From: Epiperipatus broadwayi
Lineage: Eukaryota > Animalia > Onychophora
Direction: 5' to 3'
DNA length: 64,000 bases
Assembly (NCBI GenBank): GCA_028023455.1
Contig: JAQFVV010000003.1
Location: 18,724,001-18,788,000 of the forward strand
The position numbers were made by a program, and so were the translations under genes. The notes under the pieces are model-generated. The model was not told where the DNA came from, did not search any database, and saw nothing but the letters and a program-made list of their open reading frames with translations. Positions 36,326-49,880 of the stretch are shown piece by piece. Numbering within the stretch: the first letter of the stretch is position 1; every line of letters begins with the position of its first letter.

Positions 36326-38479
36326 TTAATCCATTCTCCGATCTTTAGCTTCTCTTCTCCACAACACCCCTGCACATTTTCTTATTTCATCCATCCATCT
36401 CACATGTGGTCTCTTTCTGGGTCTTTTACAATCTCTTGGAATCCAGTTTAAAATTTCAATTGTCCATCTATTATCATCTCTTCTAGCAATATGTCCAGCC
36501 CAACTCCATTTCAATCTTTTAATTTTTTCAATAAGGTCAGTAACTCCTGTTTGTTGTCTTACCCATACATTGCGTTTTCGATCTCTTCTTGTTACTCCCA
36601 ACATACACCTCTCCATACTTCTTTGAGTGGTCTGAAGTCTCTGTATTGCTCTTCTATTAAGTGTCCAAGTCTCAGATCCATAAGTAAGAACTGGTAAAAC
36701 ACATTTGTTAAAAACCATCCTTTTCAAACACATAGGCATATTTCCTTTTAGTATCAAGTTATTTCTACCAAAAGCACTCCAACCAAGTTTAATTCTATGA
36801 TTAATTTCCTCCATTATGTTTCCATCTGTATTAATAATCTGACCAAGGTATTTGTAACTGTTAACTTCTTCTAATTCTTCATAATCAATCTTTATTTTCA
36901 TATTTTGAGCAAATCGAATAAACATTACTTTAGTCTTTTTAACATTTATCTTTAGTCCTACTTTTCTACTTTCATCTGTTAACTCCTGCAACATTTCCTG
37001 CAGCTCTGAAGCATTATTTGCAAAAACAACTACATCATCTGCGAAATCTAAATGACTTAAATACTCTCCATTTACTTTCACTCCTTTAGTTTCCCATTTT
37101 AATCCACAAAATACTTCTTGCAGCACTGCTGTAAAGAGTTTTGGAGATATGGAGTCACCTTGTCTTACACCTTTCTCAATGTTGATTTTTCCAGTATCAT
37201 TATGTAATCTAATTGTTGCTGTTGCATTTTTATAAATATTCTTTAAAATATGACAATATCCTGGATATATACCTTGATGATCCAATGCTTTAATCACTGA
37301 AGAAATGTGTATAGAATCAAATGCCTTTTCATAATCTATAAATCCAAAACATAAAGACAACTCATATTCGTTTGTCCTTTCTATGACTTCTCTCAATACC
37401 TGGATATGATCTATTGTACTAAAACCACTTTTAAATCCAGCTTGTTCTCTTGGTTGGTGGAAATCCAAAGTTCTCTGTAGACGAGTTGTAATTATCTTGG
37501 TAAAAATTTTATATAAAACTGATAAAAGGCTGATAGGTCTGTAATTTCTAATATCTTCTTTATCACCTTTTTTAAATATTAATATTATTACTGCATTCTT
37601 CCAATCTTCCGGTACATCTTTATCATTTAGACATTTGGTATATAACTTTGCTAAAATTGTTTCTATTTCTTCACCTGCTTCTTTTAATATATCAATTATA
37701 ATTCCATCATTTCCTGGAGCCTTTCCTTTCTTCATACACTTAATTGCTTGTCTCACTTCTTCATTTAAAATTCTGGGCAATTCGGAAGATGTAATAGATA
37801 TAGGAGGTACTTGTTCTTTATTACTATATAATTCTTGATAAAAATCTTCTACCAATTTCATGATGTCATCTCTCATTTTAGTAATAATTCCATTTTTTTT
37901 TCTTATTGCAGATATAAATTTCCTACCAATACCAAAATGTTGTTTAACATTTTTGAGACTTTTATTTTCTTCTACAGCTTTCCTTGCTATTTCACAGTTA
38001 TACTTTCTTATATCATTTTCAACTCTTTTCCGTACCATTTTACAAAATTCGAGATATCCAATTCTTTTTAATACATCATTTTTGTATATCTTCATATTCC
38101 TTCTTTTCTTCATAAATTCTCTAGTCTCAGTAGAAATTTTATTAGTCAATTGCTGCTTTTTTCTACCAGCTATGTTTGTTGCAGTTTTTAAAAGTGTATC
38201 CGTTATTTTCATATTAATTTCATTCAAATCTGTATCATGTTCAAAATCTCCTAACACTTGAAATCTATTTGTAAGTTCTAATTTAAATTCATTAGAATGT
38301 TTCTGAAGATTAGGAATATCAACTGTAAATATTGTTTTTCTTAATAATTTTTGTCTCTCTAGTTTTACATTAACACGTAACTTACATCTTACTAATCGAT
38401 GATCACTTCCTGTGTTAAATTTATTAAGAACATTACAATCTTGAAATATGTATTTTCTGTTAGTCAAAATATAATCCAA
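36326..38479 (-). CDS. RTE reverse transcriptase ORF (end of APE plus RT), 717 aa
   Basis: Motifs SDHRLV, NYRPISLLS, FIDYEKAFDS, GVRQGDSISPKLF, LDFADD, YKYLGQ and WSWAGHIARR. Confidence 0.95.
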   Translation of the reverse strand: MDYILTNRKYIFQDCNVLNKFNTGSDHRLVRCKLRVNVKLERQKLLRKTIFTVDIPNLQKHSNEFKLELTNRFQVLGDFEHDTDLNEINMKITDTLLKTATNIAGRKKQQLTNKISTETREFMKKRRNMKIYKNDVLKRIGYLEFCKMVRKRVENDIRKYNCEIARKAVEENKSLKNVKQHFGIGRKFISAIRKKNGIITKMRDDIMKLVEDFYQELYSNKEQVPPISITSSELPRILNEEVRQAIKCMKKGKAPGNDGIIIDILKEAGEEIETILAKLYTKCLNDKDVPEDWKNAVIILIFKKGDKEDIRNYRPISLLSVLYKIFTKIITTRLQRTLDFHQPREQAGFKSGFSTIDHIQVLREVIERTNEYELSLCFGFIDYEKAFDSIHISSVIKALDHQGIYPGYCHILKNIYKNATATIRLHNDTGKINIEKGVRQGDSISPKLFTAVLQEVFCGLKWETKGVKVNGEYLSHLDFADDVVVFANNASELQEMLQELTDESRKVGLKINVKKTKVMFIRFAQNMKIKIDYEELEEVNSYKYLGQIINTDGNIMEEINHRIKLGWSAFGRNNLILKGNMPMCLKRMVFNKCVLPVLTYGSETWTLNRRAIQRLQTTQRSMERCMLGVTRRDRKRNVWVRQQTGVTDLIEKIKRLKWSWAGHIARRDDNRWTIEILNWIPRDCKRPRKRPHVRWMDEIRKCAGVLWRREAKDRRMD

Positions 38480-38530
38480 TTCTGCTGTACCTTCATTTGG
38501 ATGCTTCCATGTCCATTTCCTTTTAACATT

Positions 38531-38866
38531 TTACTCAAAAAATGAATTCATAATATAAAGTTTTTCTTTTTCTGCAAACTCCACAAGTCTATGTCCTCTC
38601 TCATTTCTATTACCATAACCAAAATTACCTACAGCAATTTCATCTTTCATTTGTCTACCAATTCTAGCATTAAAGTCTCCCATAACAATTTTAAAATGTT
38701 GTTTACTCTGATCAAAAGCCTTTTGTACATCCATATAAAAATCTTCTACTACTTCATCACTATGAGAACTTGTTGGGGCATAAACCTGAATTATCTGCAT
38801 TTGGTATCTGCTATTCAGTTGTATAACTAATCTTGCCACTCTGTCCGATACACCATCAATCTCCAC
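38531..38866 (-). pseudogene. RTE APE endonuclease segment, in frame with the RT ORF but separated by one stop
   Basis: QVYAPT and VMGDFNARIG motifs. The 51 bp between 38530 and 38480 are in frame (NVKRKWTWKHPNEGTAE). Confidence 0.9.
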
Positions 38867-39063
38867 AATATTGTTCTTCCACTTTTTATTTATAATGAAT
38901 CCTACTCCACTTGTATTTATGTGCCTTTATAATAGAGTATATGTCCACTTTTTAAATCAATTGTTTCTTCTCCTTTTCTTCTAACTTCACAAAGTCCAAT
39001 AATGTCCCATTTAATATAAGACAGTTCTTCTTCTAATTCTTGCAATCTTCCTTACTTAAATAA

Positions 39064-39516
39064 AGATGCATAAAGTTAGACTTTCTTCTCAAAATTAACC
39101 TTGGTAGCCTCTCCACTGCTACATTTCTTAATAAAAGAGGCTTCCAAATAGATCCTATCTGTTGTCTCTGTATTTCCAATCTGGAGGATATTGACCATAT
39201 CCTTTGCCGTTGCCCGGTCTGGCAGGGACTGAGACAAAACTTCCAGAAACACATTAAACACAATGGTCCGGATCTAACATCACTTCAAGGGGTTTTAAAT
39301 AGAGGCATTTTTGCTGAAATCAGGCTTGCTACATACATAAACTTTGCCATCTGGCTGACCAGATGCAAGGTGATCTTTCAAAAATTACCGTCTGATGAAC
39401 TTAATAACTGCTTCCTCAACATAATTAAAAATATCCAAGAAACAGACAAGAGAGAGGCAGATCTATACCTGGCCGTATTAACCTGGGAATACACAACTGG
39501 CCTAAACAACACCTGA
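39064..39516 (+). mobile_element. 3' end of an L1/Tx1-clade LINE ORF2 (zf-RVT-like C-terminal region); 150 open codons not in the ORF track
   Basis: RCIKLDFLLKINLGSLSTATFLNKRGFQIDPICCLCISNLEDIDHILCRCPVWQGLR...FAIWLTRCKVIF... with stop at 39514-39516. It shows the CxxC..E..H...CP and IW.xR patterns. Confidence 0.8.
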
Positions 39517-41299
39517 CCAACCAACCCCTAAATAATGTATATGAAAATAACTATTAAGAATAATAAAACCCACCATAGCTCACCAAAACAGGGCACACTA
39601 ACAATGGTATCTCGTTATAGACTAGATAAATGAAACATTCGCCTTGCATCCACTAAGTTCTTTACTATCATTTTGTATTCTACTAACATTTGGATCATTC
39701 CTTTGTATATATCACCGTGTAATCTCACCTAGTTAAAACTTTTTTTTTCTTTGTATTCACCTCTAGGTCAAATAAAACTTATTTTGAAAGAGAAAGTTAT
39801 GTGTTCAGATTTTTCATTTCCTCTTCAGATCAATATGTCTATTCTTTAAAAAATAATTTTTCTTTCCTCCAACATATTTTTAATCTTAAACATCTCTCAT
39901 AATTGTTTTAATTGTAATGAGAAGAGAATTTTTTTTTTTTTTGTTATTATCTATATGCTTTTTTTATTTTTTAAAGAAAAAACACTTCAGTGGTTTTCCG
40001 ATTCTTACAATTTTATTTTTCAAATACACATTGGTTCCTACTGCCACAGCGCGTTGTTTGTTTTTAACAGCTGCCAACTTAATTTACTAGTTTTTATATT
40101 ATTTTTTTATATTGTTTATTAATGTAATTTTATTTTCTTAAAACATTAACAGAATTTTCATTATTCCTCACACAGGATTTAGTCGTAAAGCCTAATAAAG
40201 TGTATAATGACATATTGATAAATGATTGCATTAATCTATCATACTTCCTTTAGACACAAAAGATTTTGTTGATTTTCTTTTATCTCGTCAGTGGCCTTTT
40301 TTAGTACTCTAATTGGAAAGAGGAAGTGAATTTCTCTTAATTTGCTATAAAGAAATCCCTTGATTTTGAAAATATTGATATCTTTTATTATTTTAATTTA
40401 TATATAATACTGTTATAGAATGTTTTTCAGAGTTTAGTAATATGTTTTTCTAGTTTTTATGAAAGGAAACTGTAAAGTATGAAATAATACGAGTTACTTA
40501 TTTGTGTGTGTGTGTGTGTGTTTATATAAAATGTGAATTAAAATAAGGTTTAGACTGTGTTAAATTGCCACATGGTGGTGGTATTCGTAGGAAGAATCCG
40601 CAGTCAGAATCAAGTTATTTCAAGTCTAATTGAATGGTGTAAAAACATTTCTCCATGGACGCGGTCATTAGTATTTTCCTGAAGTCTCATCTTTCCCAGG
40701 CTAATGTGTTCATGAGTGCTGGTTACGGTGATATCTAACATAATAGTGAAAGTGTGTTTTATTGTTTCGTTTTCTATTGCATTGTCTGCATTTTGATTAA
40801 TTTGAGCTGTAGAAGGTTGACAAAAAGCTTATAAAATGTCAGAGGCTTTTTTTGGTCAATCAATTTTATAAAATAGTTGGTAGGTGGATTTAGAAATTAA
40901 ATAAAAGATAATCTTAATAATGAATGACAATATTTTTTCATTTCTTTTGATTAAATTTTCTATTCTTTAAAATATTTTCATAGCTTATTTCATGGTATCT
41001 AAATCATACTTTAATAAATTTGCTATCCTCAAAATTTACTGAAAAATGTTATGTTTAAGCTTGTCTTGTACAATTCCTAATTTTTACAACGATGAATATT
41101 TATTAGAACCATAAAACTGTGTATGTATATGTGAGGGAGGGGCGATTGACATGCATTTGATCCTTTAGAGTTTAGACTTTAAAAAAAAAAAAAAAAATTT
41201 TGTCTGTATGAAATAATCGGGCCAACTGAATTCATCTTAAATCAATTATAGAGCTAGAAATAAATTGGCAAATAAAGCCTCAATTTGACAATCAGTTTA

Positions 41300-41950
41300 G
41301 AAAGAAAGCAGTTTAGAAAATAAACAGTCATCTATGTACTATGTAATTAATTGTTTGCTTTACTAATGAACAATAAATGCCTAGTAGTTTCTTTTGGATG
41401 CTTGATAATGGGAAAATGTAAGTCAGAAAAAGAAGTGATCTTAGGGAAGAACCTTGTGATATAGAATAGTGTATGAAGAAACTGGGGGAGTTTGTCCATT
41501 TAAAGTAATGTGAATTTGTCTGTTGTTGAGTAAGTGATATCAAGTTACACTTAAATAAATAGGTTCTGATTTTCTGCAATGTCTGATATCATAGGCATTT
41601 TAAAAAGTTTAATTGCAGTAGAGATGGAGCAATCATTTTTGCCAATTCAAAATTTGATAGATAGTGAAGAGTAAAGTTCAATGTTATCTTTTATTGGTGA
41701 TTCTATAGTTTTAATTAAAATAGTGGTCATTGAGATAGGTTGAAAACTATTGGGACAGGATACAGCTTGTCTATACTATAGATTTGATCTGAAAGGTAGT
41801 TCAATATATTTTGGATAATATGTATTGTGAAGTTACTGAGATGTGTAAGTATAAATTTGGGAATTGCATATGATCCTGAATGCATACTGTTAGGAAAAGA
41901 TTCTAATTTAACCATAATGCCTGTTTTGTAATGTTAGGTATTTCTTTGTA
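41300..41950 (-). pseudogene. Decayed LINE RT fragment (L2/CR1/Jockey-like)
   Basis: ISQGSSLRSLLFLTYIFPL (GVPQGS.L.PLLF motif) in ORF 41328..41579, and SGSYAIPKFILTHL in ORF 41727..41915. Confidence 0.6.
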
Positions 41951-43699
41951 CAAATCAAAATGCAGAGGAGTAAATTTTGGTTTATTTAATGCTTGTAGTT
42001 TGCTTTTCAAATGATAAAAATTTGGGTAAGGTTTTTGCCTATGATAAGTTTATTATTTTTAACAATTGAATGTATTTTATTAGTCCTATAGCATCCAGTT
42101 AATATAGCCTTTAGACCAGTTATGGGGTTGAGTTGAAAAATATTTTAGATTTTTTTTAAAAAAGGGGATATTCTACTAGAATTTGTTGTGTTTTTTTTTT
42201 ATATACTCTACCTTGCACTATGTGTAGCTCCACTACACATCATGCCAACCATGTTGGGGGCCATAATCTAACCTGTAATTATGCATCTTCACTTCCAAAT
42301 AGTATATGGTATAAAATAAAACGGGTTCTATCTCAATTAATAATTAATAACTAAAATATTCAGCATTAAAATTAAAATATTCCACTAGCTCAAATTTAAA
42401 ATTCGAATAAGGTTCAATTTATAAAAAATATATTAAATAAATATTTAATATTTTCATGAGACTTGAAGTGAAAATACAGTCGACAAGATAGATTACATTG
42501 AGACAATATCCTGCAGGATACTACCTCAATGGCATAAGAACACTATCCCCTCTTTTATTACTATTTCAAATAACAAACTCATAGTATTCTTACGACTTTA
42601 ATAACTTCTACTCACTAAGATTAACTAATAATTAAATCTTAATCTTCTATTTAATAATAATAATCTAGCTCAATAAAGTAATCTCAGGTTCCTAAAGTTT
42701 ATTCTAAGTTAATTTAAAATACGGTAGTAAAATATGAGAAGGGATTTTATGTCATAATCTACTACACTTAAACTAATAATAATAAATAACAATAATAATA
42801 TTCTTCATGTAATGATATAATAAATACGTGGTAGCATTTTAATAATCTGACAAACAAAATGTGTGGCAACAGATAGCATATAATTTAATATAATATTGTG
42901 ATAACTGATTTATGACCAATAAATAATGTAAGATTATAATTATTTAATTATAATGAATACCAATAAAATATTTAAAATTCTTAAAATAATTCTTTATTTA
43001 TCTTTTGTGCAAAATTATATATTTGTTTCAGTTATTATGCATATATCGTGTTTTCATGCAGCGATATGGAGAAATAAACAACTCTGACACAAAATTTTTT
43101 TAAATAACAAAATTTAACAAAGTTTATTACTAACAATAAATAACTAAACAATTTATTTACTTATTTACAGTGGATATCCTTAACCTTTTTTTTTACTTTA
43201 CAGTTTGATTTACAAGTTATAAAAAAAAAAAATTATATTTCAATCATGTCTTAAATTTTAGATTTAGGACAAAATTTTAAAAAAATGTTATTATTTGGTT
43301 TCTCATCATGGTTAACTTATTACAAGTATATTTATCTACTTTATTAGCAACAGCATTTTATCCTTAATATTATTAAACTATCTTATTTTTTAAAAAAAAT
43401 TCATATTTAGAACAAACATTCTATAGAAAACAAAATTTTATAATGAGTATGGATTTCTCAAAATATTAAAAAAAAATTCATCTTGCAAAGTCAAAGATGT
43501 TACACAAACTATTATCCAAAATTTAGTACTAGATTTTAGTATTTATCACACAATGTTTACTAATCATAATATATTTTTCTTTAAGCCTTACTTTAGTATG
43601 ATATAAGTTTAATCATTAATAGATTTCTGTTAATCAATAAACAAAAATATACTATGCATATTGTTTACATAATCTACTTTGTACTATTGTATTTTAAAA

Positions 43700-44450
43700 A
43701 AATATGCAATACTTATTTTTCTCTTAAAAAAAAATAATACTAAAGCATTTAAAATTATTATCACTTTTAAAAAAAATATCTTTGTTTAGATACCCCATTT
43801 TAAAAATTTTATATTTCATTTCCGAAATAAAATTCAAAATATATTTTATGATTCTTTTCTTTCCCTAGGACACTTTGGATCTTCAATTTTAAGTTATAAC
43901 ATTCTGCTCCTTATAAACAAATAAACTAATCTTATCCAAAAACGATAGCATAACATAAGTTTTAAATTATTTATCATTTCCTTTAAAATATCTTACTAAA
44001 CGATGCAGTTACATGAAATAAAGATAGCGAAAATAGATGCATAGGATTAAGGAAGAAAGCTAGAGTATTACTCTTAACATATCTCAAAATCATGGTACAG
44101 TGCAAAGAGATAGGACATTTATCTGCCTAATATCCTCTAGTACAGGGACGATGTTAAAGCTATTTCTTCAGCTTTATTAGAACATCAAATATGTAAAGTA
44201 ATATAAACACTGTCCAAATAAAATGTGTATCAGTCATAGGGCTTTGTTAACTATGCTGATAACCACATAAAGACTAAATATTATTCCCATTCCTTATCAT
44301 ATCCTATTTTAAATATACATCATCTTGGTTTCCTGCTAACTATAGTACTTCCAAGCCACTATCTCAACATTATTTCTCAAGATTTTTTTACATCTTACAT
44401 CGATAAATAACTGTCTGCATTTACAAAACAATAAATAAAATTCATTAATA
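43700..44450 (-). pseudogene. Possible decayed L1-like RT fragment
   Basis: Degenerate RGIRQGCPIS near 44130 and KAFD-like NKAL near 44250. Heavily mutated. Confidence 0.3.
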
Positions 44451-47199
44451 GTTAAACAATCTAGCTATCCCATAAGAAAAGTTGCTTACTTCATTGCTCT
44501 GTATGTTTAATCACATACCATCTACTTAGACAATATTTGAATATCCCATAACATAAAATTTTAAAAGAATCACATAATTATTTGTTATGTTGGATTATAT
44601 TACTAATAAAAAAAATCAAAAAAAATTGTCGTATGCATATTTTCAAATCAATCCTATCTCATAATGTTTTTTAAAATGTTGTATAAAAATGCATTTACAT
44701 TTATAATAAAAAAAAAAAAACTTTTACACTTCATCCTTACAATTCATAGATGATCTAAAGAAAACAAAAAAAATATACATTATAAATTATCAATAGTTAT
44801 TATTATTACCAATAACCTTTATCTAGTCATCGTGTTCAGTAGGCTTTTCTTTATCCACTTGAGCATTGCAGATATATAAAAAAAAAATTCACACCCATAC
44901 ACTTTATATTAAAATATTTTTAGCTAAATTATTAGATTGTTATATTATAAAATTTTAATATTAATAAATTAATGTTTTTATGTTTTTTCCTAATCTTATA
45001 TAAAATTTTAGATTTAAACTAGGTTAACAAAATGAATCAAAACTATAGTTACATATTTTCTTGACAATAGTTCCTGATAAATCCAAAATGCTTATTATTT
45101 TCTCTAGAGTTTTTTAAAAATGTTCTCCAAGCGCGTTAAAGTTTAAAACAAAAATAATTATTAATCCATATAATAAAATTTAGAAAATAATCCTTGGTTT
45201 TAATTTTTAAGACGATAATATTAATTAATCCCGTGAAGCTTCTTAATCTTCTCTACCAATATTCTCTGCGTATCTGATGCATCAATCCATTTAATTTAAC
45301 TTTTAAAAATATTCAATAAACTTTTAAGTACTATTTGTATTTCCATGGATCTATTTTTTTTTATTCATCTATGTGTTCACTTTTTATCTATGCTTCCTTC
45401 TTGATACATTTAAACTTTCGTTTGGTATTTTTTTTATAAATCTCTTTTAAAATAAAAACTTCAAATACTTTTGAACAAATCTTTTCCAAGTACATTTTAA
45501 ATAATTCGAAGAACGGATATTTTAATACCAAAACGCTTTTGTAACATATTTTCCTGGGTTCTTTTTTAAATTTTGCACTCAAAAATATTTTTTAAAAAAA
45601 ATGTTACCTTTAGAAAGGATATAACATTTTATTCCTTTGAATATCATACTATATCAAATAATCCATGAAATATAATTGTCTTATTACTATTTAAAAATAA
45701 ATCTCGGGTCAGTTTATAAATAATACGTTTCCATACATTTTTAGACTCCGTATAATGTCCGAGCTGTGGTTTTTATGTACTAGAACAGTTCTTCAGTTAA
45801 ATATTAATAAAGCTGTATCAATAAATATTTCAAATATTTTTACAGTATTACAATTTCTATCCATTTTATTTTGTAATATATCCATTTTTTATTGCGTAGT
45901 TTAGGTTAAACTTTTAGATAAAATACGACTGATAAAGAACTTTAAAAAAATTTAACAAAGCATGTTGAACGAAATTATTAAAATATTTTTTAGTTTATAC
46001 TCTCTTTTGCAAAAAAATATTTTTTAAAATTATCAATTAGTTTTTTGCAGATAAAGTTATAAGAAAGTACTAAAAAAATTGACTAAAATAAAAAATTTTA
46101 AAAATACTATCTTTTGATAGTTATAATTTACCTTTCTTCGGTTTCAATACATTATTAATCTCTCGCTATAACTTAGTTACAATGATATTTATCGTCTGTA
46201 AGAATACCTATTCTTATTGGCCAATTCTTACTTTAGCTTGAGAAAAAATTTACATATTTCCAATTTATAGTAGAATTATATTTGAAAATAAAAAATGATG
46301 ACGTAATGAACCTAAAATATTATTTAAAATATTACTTTTAAATAAATTATTATTTTATTAAAACTATTTAAACATTTAAAATAACTTTTAAAATAACATT
46401 TAATAACTTATTCCATTTATCTATTCAATTTATCTATTTTTATTTAAATAAAATATTTAATTTTTATTATATCTGTATTCGTCTTTATTACATTACTTAA
46501 ACATTACATATAATAGTTAACTTAGTGTTTAATACTATTTACTTTTATGATAGGCAATAATTCTATCCAATTCTATAATATGACTTTTAAAATATTTTAA
46601 ACTTTGTTATTAATTCAAACAAGCAGTGTGTGATAGTATACATTAAAAAATCACGTGATTCATAACTTTGACAGACGATTTTCAATCTATTTCTCTGCCT
46701 AGACTAATAAAATTGATACACTTATTATATTATATAAAATAATTATAAAAAAATTTGGAAGAACAATTTAGAAAATATAGAATTAGATATAATTTTCACC
46801 ATCACAAAGTTTATTTTAAAAATATACTATATTAATTTTGACTATTTAAATATGATTACAAATCTAAATATAGCATTTATTAAATCATACGTTTTACACT
46901 ATTAAAATTGGATTTTTAAATATACTTTTAATTATTTATAGCTGTGTTATTTAATATGGCCAGCTTTTACAACCATATGAAACAATATTTTAAGCTTTAT
47001 ATAACTATTTTTAAATGATTTTATATACTACGTATTCTCTTTAGCTTCAAATTGTACTTTAAAGACATAATTGACTTAATATAATTAATGTATTAAAAGA
47101 ACATATTCTAAATTTAAAATTTTTTAGTAATTGACTGTTATGAATTATTACTGACCTATAGAAAAGGGCACAATACCTATTTTTGAAACAATATGTTAA

Positions 47200-47800
47200 G
47201 TGCTGATGTATCCAGATTATTTTATAATGATTTTTTGTCTAGTCAAACCATGTGTATATTTCCATGCAATTTGAATTTTATTGCATCAATACTGTTATTT
47301 TCAAAACTTGTGGCCGAAGTCCATTATTTTTATCAACACTTGCATTAAAGTCTCCCATAAGAAAAAAAATTGATCTCTTTTAATAGTGCTGCTGTGAGAA
47401 TGCTATCCATTATGGAAGAAATTCTTTCTTTTTCTCTCTGAATTTAATATTAGAACTGAACACTAGTGCTATTGTTCATGACAAGTTTTAACAGCATTAG
47501 CATTGATACAGAAAAGAATTTTGAATTGAAGATATTAATTTATACTTCATAACAAATCCAAGACTATGCATTCTGTTTTCACTAGCCATTCTACATGTTC
47601 TATTAAACTTCCTTTTGAAAATGAGTTTCATTAAAACCAGCCATATTAATCTCAAATTTTTGACAGCTCCATACTTACCAGGAATGTTCATTTTAGTCTT
47701 GAAGAGTTTGTATCAAATAAAGTTTGCACATTCCATATATCAATATTTTTAAAAAAGTTGGATTTATAATGTTCATCTTTAGTATCACTGTTTTCTACTT
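47200..47800 (-). pseudogene. Decayed RTE-like APE endonuclease fragment
   Basis: IDIWNVQTL near 47740 and FLMGDFNASVD near 47350. Confidence 0.6.
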
Positions 47801-49789
47801 TACCATTACTAGTGATAACATTATTATTTCAGTTTTTTTAGTGAGTAATCCATTAGAAAATGATAACTTAGCCAAAGAGTGTGACAGGCTATTTTAGAAC
47901 ACATTTTCTAAATCTCTTGCAGTGGATCCCTAAATAGGGTTGTTTAAATTATATAGCTGAATCTCCTATCTCAAATTCAATTCCATCCTGTCTAATTAGG
48001 GGATTGTATTGCCTCAAGCAAACATCATAATTAAGAATTTAAAAGATGTAAATATAATTGCACATATACAATCCCATTGTCACCGTTAATATAGAATGGT
48101 GATCAAAGACATGAGAGGTTCATGATGACCAGGCCTATAGTAACATAAATGACCACAGAAGAAAAAGGCTGTATTGGGAACAGTGCCAAGTTTTTTGATG
48201 AATCAACATCCTATCCTACTAAGCCAGAATAAGGTATTCTTGGTCAAGCACTTTTTATTTGTTAATCACAGTAAACTTTCATACATGAAAGTCCACTATC
48301 CATCTCCTGTGGAGCCCATCAGCAGTCTGAACACAGTGCCTGATGTTTTTATTCTGCATATATAATACATGCTTATATAAAACTAATGCATATATATATG
48401 TATTTATACCCTCTAGAATTTTATAGAAACTTATCTTATATACAGCAAAGTTTGATGAAAAATCAACTAACATCTTACAAAACATATTTTTATCAATCAA
48501 ACCTGATGCCATCAGCTTCTCGTTTGGGGGGGGGGGGTAATTGGGATTGCACCAGACATGACAATCAATTTCATAGACTCACAATGATCAATTTGTTATT
48601 TAACTAAAGATTCCTTATTATGAGCTTAATGTTAATTGACAAAGCAAAGCTTTTAATTCTATTGTAGAAGGCATTTTAATAATAATAAAAAAGTTTGAAA
48701 TATTGATGTTTATTCAAAATATTTAAAGAACTTAAATGAATAAATAAAATTCTAAAAAGCAGTAAAGAAATAATATAAAAATAACAAATGCATTGAAAAA
48801 GAAACAAAAGATTAGCAGCAAATTGAGAAATTATAAAGAGCAATAAAATAAAAGAAATATATAAATAAAGCATATAAAATTGCTTGTTATAAGATGCACG
48901 ATTAGTTTGATTTGTGGCTATTGAGCTTTAAGAGCTTATCATATCTGAAGAAGTTTCTTTTGAAATTGGCCATGTGGTCATTAAATTATATTTACATTTC
49001 AGAATTTAGTTTTTAAATGTAACATCTAGTATTTATTTTTACAGTAAGATGATAGGGAATGCTTTTAAATGCTCTTATTATAAATAAATAATTGAATGGT
49101 TTATTGCTTATGAATTTATAAGAAATTAGGTGTTGAAATAAACAATACTCAGCTTTGATCCATAGATATTGAATTTCAAAATCTACACCAAACCATACAG
49201 GAGAAATGCTGAGAAAATATTTTTCCAATAAAGATATTTCTATTATTAATAATATATATATATCAAAACAAATGTCACTCCAAATTGCCTAGAACTTGGA
49301 CTGTAAATGTTGTTTGTTTTTGTTAACTACTGATGTTGGCCTTTTAGGTCTTCCGCAAAATAATTAGAAATGATTTGGTTAACTAAGTTTAGAATTATTT
49401 ATATGTACCAGAAAATAATAGAACATTATATAGAAGAAAAAGAATAAGAAAATGGAAAATATATAATCAATAGATATGCAGATTACTTAACTATAAAAAC
49501 AAAAATAAGAAAAGTTAATGACAGTAAAAGACTTATAATTAATAGAAAAACTTGAGGGGAAAAAGAGGTTTTTTAAAAAAAATTCTTCATAGAATTAATT
49601 GCATGTCTCACCTCTTCATTTAAAATATTTGCATTTCAAAAGTGACTACTTTGTTTTTTTAATATGTTTCTTTCTCTTCCATATATTCCAAGAAATTGTC
49701 ACACTTTTTAATAATAGATTTTGTTTTTCTCAAACAACTTCCAAAATATTGTCTTAACATTTTTAAAGATTTTTTTTCTGTTCATGGCT

Positions 49790-49880
49790 TGTGCTAGTGT
49801 TTGGAGTTCTCATGCAAAGATTTACATACTGCCCTAGATGATGATGATGATTACTATTATTGTTATTATTATTATCACAT
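49790..49880 (+). repeat. Probable LINE 3' tail, (GAT)n(TAT)n
   Basis: catactgccctagatgatgatgatgattactattattgttattattattat. Confidence 0.4.

Larger units (their letters stand above)
36274..39050 (-). mobile_element. 5'-truncated RTE-clade LINE, nearly intact
   Basis: APE plus RT coding sequence, (TGA)n 3' tail at 36274-36285, TSD cttacttaaa at 36264-36273 and 39051-39060. Lesions: frameshift near 38930, in-frame TAA at 38531-38533, 1-bp frameshift near 36330. Confidence 0.95.

Noticed and set aside
39385-40310. Other CUGANGA occurrences (39393, 39823 minus, 40284 minus; also 20544, 35953 and 48945)
   Set aside because: None has a stem II followed by GAAA plus a closing stem I.
40550-40800. 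Possible restriction-like endonuclease remnant (MLDITVT...GKY) on the minus strand
   Set aside because: Needs frameshifts and lacks the PD motif; too weak to call.
45388-45582. ORF with a DENN-like phrase (KSVLVLKYPFFELF)
   Set aside because: Short, no splice context, and lies within decayed LINE-like sequence.
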